From NCBI GenBank assembly GCA_964035545.1, contig OZ037765.1, positions 19,778,995 through 19,842,994 of the forward strand: a stretch of DNA of 64,000 nucleotides, written 5' to 3'. The stretch is from Bugula neritina (taxonomy: Eukaryota; Animalia; Bryozoa). A program made the position numbers and the translations under genes. A model generated the notes under the pieces. It searched no databases. It saw only the letters and a program-made list of their open reading frames with translations, and was not told the DNA's origin. The stretch's first letter is position 1, and each line of letters opens with the position of its first letter. Positions 58,521 to 64,000 of this stretch are shown here, one piece after another.

Positions 58521-61500
58521 TTCTTCAACTTTTATCATGAAACCTACCAAATAATTAAATAAGCTAGTCATTTATAGAGACAAACATTAATCATTCACTG
58601 ATGTACTAAAAGCGCTTTATTCCCAGTTGCATCTAAACAAAATAAATACTGCTTGTCTAGCATTCACTCATAGATCATGATTTAACAGAGACTACTAGCT
58701 GTGAGATAAACACTTGTTATATTTGCAACAAGGACATTTCTTACAATAATTATTCTGTATATAATAATTATTATGTTTAGGATTGATTATATTTCTACAT
58801 AATATATAGTACATGAGAATCTTGAGTGTGAAAAGGCTATTTCCTCAAGTGATTGCATTTCTCATTTCAAGATGTATATATTGTATTTATTATAAAACAT
58901 GTTGATTAATACACATGCATGGTACTGATATGTGGGATCAACGTTTTGATTACCATCTATACTTAGATCACTTACATACACAGGCTGCTACATGCCAAAG
59001 TACACTTATCCCTTGAGAGGATATCTTTTTGTTTGAAAAGACTGGACCAGTTCTCATGACATCCGAATGCATGTTTCTATAATTGTGCAAAATTGTCCAC
59101 AATTGCTTATAATAGTATTTGCACACACACTGTAACAGGACCAAATAATTTGTTTTATGAAAACACAATCACACAGTGAATGGAAGTGAGCTAAAAATAA
59201 CTTATAATGTTTGTTTTAATTTCCTGATACTTGTTCCCCTAGTTAAAACATTTACAATAATAATAGCAGTGCATTTTATTACAAAGAAGAAGACAACTCT
59301 CAGCTTTTACTAAAGTTTGTCCGCAGTCTACACCTACTTGGGATCTACATTCTATAATAGTAATTTCACCCATTGCATCATTGCATATGAAATTGGGTGA
59401 ATGGTAGCTTACAGCTACATGCAAGCTTCAAGTAGACTGTGGCACTGGAGATGAACATTCTAAAAGTTATAGATTCTTGTGCCTTGTTTCACTTTTCTCT
59501 TACTTATCAATAATTTTAAAATCACCTCCTCCATCACTCAAAGCTGTCATAGTGGTTCCACCTCCCACAGATAGGGTGTTTCTAAAAATAGATTAATACT
59601 TAACAAGTGTTATTATGTGCATAGATTAAGCTGCATGATGAAGAAAATAATATTTTGTCTCTGATATTTGAATCTTCACAGCCAAGTGTAAAGTGTAAGT
59701 ATATATTCATTGCACTATTAAATAAATTTTTAAAAAGAAAGGCTAAACAAAGGGCTTACCGAAAAGTCATTTCACCCTAAAAATGGGAGGGGAGAAGACT
59801 CTAAGCTTACAGGGCGCTAGAATAATCAGTTATTGTGGCAGAGTATTTTTATGACATTTTTATGAGTTATTTCAAATAAGAGTAATATTTCAATTGTTTT
59901 ATATACCAAATATTATATTGCAGTATGCTGTGTGTATCTGGTTATTATTGTACAGGGTGCATACACACATGTGGAATGTGGATTATATTGCACATTGCAA
60001 TATGCATGTCAGTGTCACACCCATGATGGGTATAATCTATGAAATTTAAAATTAATTCATCTATATTTATGGGCTATTTCTATACCACATGAACATCCGC
60101 CTCCCTCATAAGATTATGAAAAACATATAGCTAGTTAGTCTAGCATTTTCCACCTAATGGAAGCTGCATTAGTCGATGCACTTGAAGCTTGAATAGAAAA
60201 TTATAAGTCGACCAAAATAACCCTTGCAAAAGGAAGAGTGGCTCTTAGCAATGCTAATAGCCATTTTCCACCTGTCAATCACTGACCACAAATATATACA
60301 TGACACTTACCCACAATGCATTGCCAGTATGCTAATTTGTATTGCACTGTATACAAAGCCATTATAATAGCTAACAACACGGGATACTATTACTAGTGTT
60401 AGTATAACGTAGCATGCAGATAGGAAAAGTAGTGTCTTTCAATAGCAGATCTAGTGGAGAAGATTGCAGAAGATATTATAAACCAGCATCATCGTGAGAC
60501 GTCTGCTGTTATACCTAGACTCTTCTGTTTACAATCTGTGACTATTGATTTGCTTGTTAGAGCAATTAGCGAGGAATACCTGTAGGACTAGATTGCTGGG
60601 CCAGGGCACACTTACACTCGGCTTGTTTGAGGATAAACACTGCTGCCTGTTGGAAGCTTGGCGATGAACATACAGACTTGCTGTGGCAGCAAACTTTTGT
60701 TTTGGAAGTTGTATTTGTTAGCCTAACAAATTAGAGAATAAAGGTAAGCTCTTTCACCATTTACAGATCTTTGGCTTTACTGACAGTAGCTAATAATAAT
60801 TGAATATTAATTCATTATAGTTTTGAAAGTTCTGGTATTCTTGATATTTTAAACAAAATTTGAAAATGTTACGACAATAAGTATGATTACACCTATGGTG
60901 ATAATCAATCGTAGTAGTATAAGTATGATAAAATGGATTTTCTTAGGTTTCAAAAAGTTAAACTTTTCTATCTTACACTTGCACTTACACTTACAGTTCG
61001 GGATTATAGTAATTATAGTCAATTTACTAATTATAATTACAATACAGTAATAATGGACCTGTAGCTTGCGAGTCTGACACCTTCTAATTTAATATATGAT
61101 GTATTGTATACTTAGCCTTATTGTTATACTATATATTATGTTGCATAACCAAGAGATATGCAACTTGTTCTGACAGCTTTAATATGTGCAGCACTGCAGC
61201 TACAATAACATGTCATGGCTATCATTCCAAACCATATGGTGGCTGAAAAGCTGAAAGATATAATAATAATTGATAATGATAATAACTTTTATTAACCTAA
61301 TACAACTATGTAAGTATATATTGGTAAATGGCACCCCAATGAGACTGAGTGGAGATATGTGCAGATAGGTTAGGAGACGTATACTTATAGTAGTAAGTGA
61401 CAGCGGCTGTGTTGTAATTATAGCTTTTACTTCTAAAAATACATTAGGCAATTTGTCCAGTATATCCAGTCAAAAGCGAAGACGTGTTCTGTTATATATT

Positions 61501-61699
61501 ATATGCATGAGGCAAATAGTTGAAATGGTGAAAATACAAGACAGAGGTCTATTGGCACTTAAAGTTACTTGATTCTGCAGTTATTGACTTAGTTAAGAAT
61601 AAACAGTTTTAAAGTTGTATGACTGCAAGGCTATGCACTCAGTACACAAATCTGTCCCTCTATACAAACTGCAACAATTAAGTTGTGGATTAGGATCTT

Positions 61700-63750
61700 A
61701 GGACAATATTTCACGATTCAGAAAGACACAATAGGATAATCTAGATTCTAGCTTTAGTGTATCACCTGCAGTCAAATATCCTGTCCAAATGCCTGGTTGG
61801 TAATGTTACACCTCATTCACTTACGGTAATACATGCATGTCACTTGTGATTAGCTCTCAATCTTAGGGGCTTTAAAGCTTATATTTGTACCTTCCTTATT
61901 GTGGTGTGGGTGAGAATTTAGTATTAAAAAGTACTATAAATGTATAAATTGCAAGAATAAAACAGAACTTTCTCTTTTAGATGTATTAATGTCAGAAACA
62001 GCAGCTAGAACGTAGCATAGTATAGCTAAGATAGCACTAAAAGAGAATGCTATCAACACTCATAGCAGTAGGTTATGATGGTAAAAATGATCTAAAAAGT
62101 TGCCTGAAGAAAAACTTTGTATAACAAGTTATTCAACAGCAATTCCTATAGTTGAGAAGGTATTATTTTTTCAAACTATTCAAAGTCTCCTAACATGCAA
62201 CTTTAAGAAGTGTCAATAATTTGGCAAGGCAAAAAACAAGCACCTGCACCTGTAACCTTAAAAATAGCTGACAGTTGCATTCTTAATGCCATTTACTTCA
62301 GTTATTGAATATTGTTATGGCATTTGATTCTAAATGAATATTCATGAAGCTCCCTGATACTGTCTCCTCGGCTGAATACAACTGTTGCTCAACACATTGC
62401 CATTGTTTAAAACCAGGACTACAACACCAATATTTCAGATGGGTGGTTTTTGCTATCATATTAATATGCCATTATGCTTTAGTTAGAGTGCATGCCAACT
62501 TACGAAATATTAATTTATGGTAAACAGAAAGAAAATTCTATGAGAGCTTTATTTAAATGTCAGATGTCAGGATTGTCAGTTGGAACTGTTGTTGTGATGA
62601 ATTGTTATATAAATGGCAAGCTGAATTATGTCTTTCTTACTATATTTCTGCACAAATGTTCATTGTCTGATAGTAGCAATAATCGGACAAATGCTATTTA
62701 AATTGTAACGCAATATATTTCCTACAAGTTTTAAAATATAATTAATTACCCCCATTTCCTTTCATTTATTGGAATTTGAACATGTTGCTGTATAATAATT
62801 AGCAATGCAAACACGATACTGACAAAAAGATATGCTGTTGAGGGGAGATATAACAGTTGTAATTGTACACCTGTGAGATTAACACAAATGTTACTGCTAG
62901 ACTATCTTATTACAGGTCATGCACACAGTTCTAGTTTTCATAGCAATTGTTAAATTAATATTTACATGTATTTTGTTCAGTAATTAGGTATGCTGTATGT
63001 ATCCTATGCCCGTTGATAGAACTTCTATTTCAGTAGCTAGTATTACATTTATCAGTCTTATGCGTGTGTTTACTCTGGTAAATATCAGTCCTCTTGAGTA
63101 ATGGATAAACTTTCTCATGCAGTTAGGCATCTTTTCCAAAAGCAATGCCATATTATTTGTCTCATGACTCTCCGTAATTATCAAACTATTTAAGATATCC
63201 AAAGGGAGTTGGTATATAGCTGTAGTTGTGACAATACCTGATTATAATGCAGAAACAAAATACTTATTGGTTGACAACGCAGCCGAGGGAATATTGATTG
63301 CCATTCAATTCTATACCTCATTTTCTTCCCATTTTAACTTATTCATAATTGTACTTGGATTGAGACCAGGAGCGTGACAAAACTCTAAAACTCAGGCTGA
63401 GTAGCTGTTGCATAAGATTCTTCTTCACCATTTGGTCATGACCATACCAGGCAGGCATCACCTGCATAGAGACTTGCGGCTTTGGCTATTCCATTTTTTG
63501 TGAATAATTTATGATAAAACATATAACCTACATGTCAAGCAGTGCATCCTCAATGCTCAAAAGGGTTTATACTTCCTTTCAGCTGGTAAAGGCATCATCA
63601 ACTTAGCTGTTTATGATATTACAGACCGACAAGCATTACTAATGCACCAATACTAGATTCTATACTAGAAAGATAGTGTCGTGATAAACCTTGTGGTTCA
63701 CCAAAACATATTTTCTGCATACTTTCAGGCTGCCAGTCATCATAAGGGAG
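61700..63750 (-). pseudogene. Possible heavily decayed DDE transposase relic (Sola-like)
   Basis: Broken frames give ...SLIITESHETNNMALLLEKMPNCMRKFIHY../TDIYQSKHTHKT and downstream RLSYCVF, loosely recalling IHY-x-[ST]D-x-x-x-SQY-x-N and R-x-LSC-x-C. Motif recall only. Confidence 0.22.
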
Positions 63751-64000
63751 GAAAAAGATAAGATGCTATTCAAAGCTAATACACAGATCATAGTATATAG
63801 AACTCTACTGTCTTTTTGCCTTCTCTCAATCACAGGTCAGTAGACATTAGATCAGCTATTTTAGAGACTAAAGGAAAGAGTGAGCTGGTCACTAGCTGTA
63901 TTATCAGCCAGTCACTAACTGGAATGTCACACTGTGAGACTGAATGTTTGTAGTTGCCGTTAGGCTTGAGCTTATATAAACATATAAGTGATGCAGATCT

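Noticed and set aside
58313-58571. Cys/Val-rich and His/Thr/Gln-rich ORFs that look like metallothionein or a repeat protein
   Set aside because: They are translations of the (CAACACACA)n microsatellite on both strands, with no splice or coding context.
60480-60750. Possible THAP-domain remnant followed by a splice donor
   Set aside because: The C2CH residues cannot be recovered in any consistent frame; the resemblance is too weak.

Overview
AT-rich, intron-rich animal genomic DNA (invertebrate-like; the taxon cannot be determined from the sequence alone). Three spliced genes were reconstructed by hand, with GT-AG junctions and reading phases that add up. (1) A 28-exon, ~2311-aa multi-Tudor protein on + (2098-26100) with nine extended Tudor domains and an acidic/Ser-rich tail (TDRD6/TDRD15/Tudor-like, piRNA-pathway type). 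(2) A 9-exon, ~493-aa clan-2, CYP1-like cytochrome P450 on + (27369-32746). (3) A 26-exon, ~1429-aa MADD/Rab3-GEF on - (51946-33840). Introns hold Harbinger/Tourist-type MITEs, an internally deleted Gypsy element, a probable solo LTR, a tRNA-derived SINE family and foldback repeats. The last ~12 kb has no intact gene, only possible decayed transposase relics. The most notable structure is a triplicated, phase-symmetric Tudor exon cassette offset from the domain boundary: its Tudor cores are ~97% identical while the co-duplicated introns and the homologous linker have diverged much more, suggesting concerted evolution and splice-tunable Tudor valency. Second is a set of candidate 6-, 9- and 39-nt alternative exons in MADD. 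All identities are hand estimates and no database search was run.
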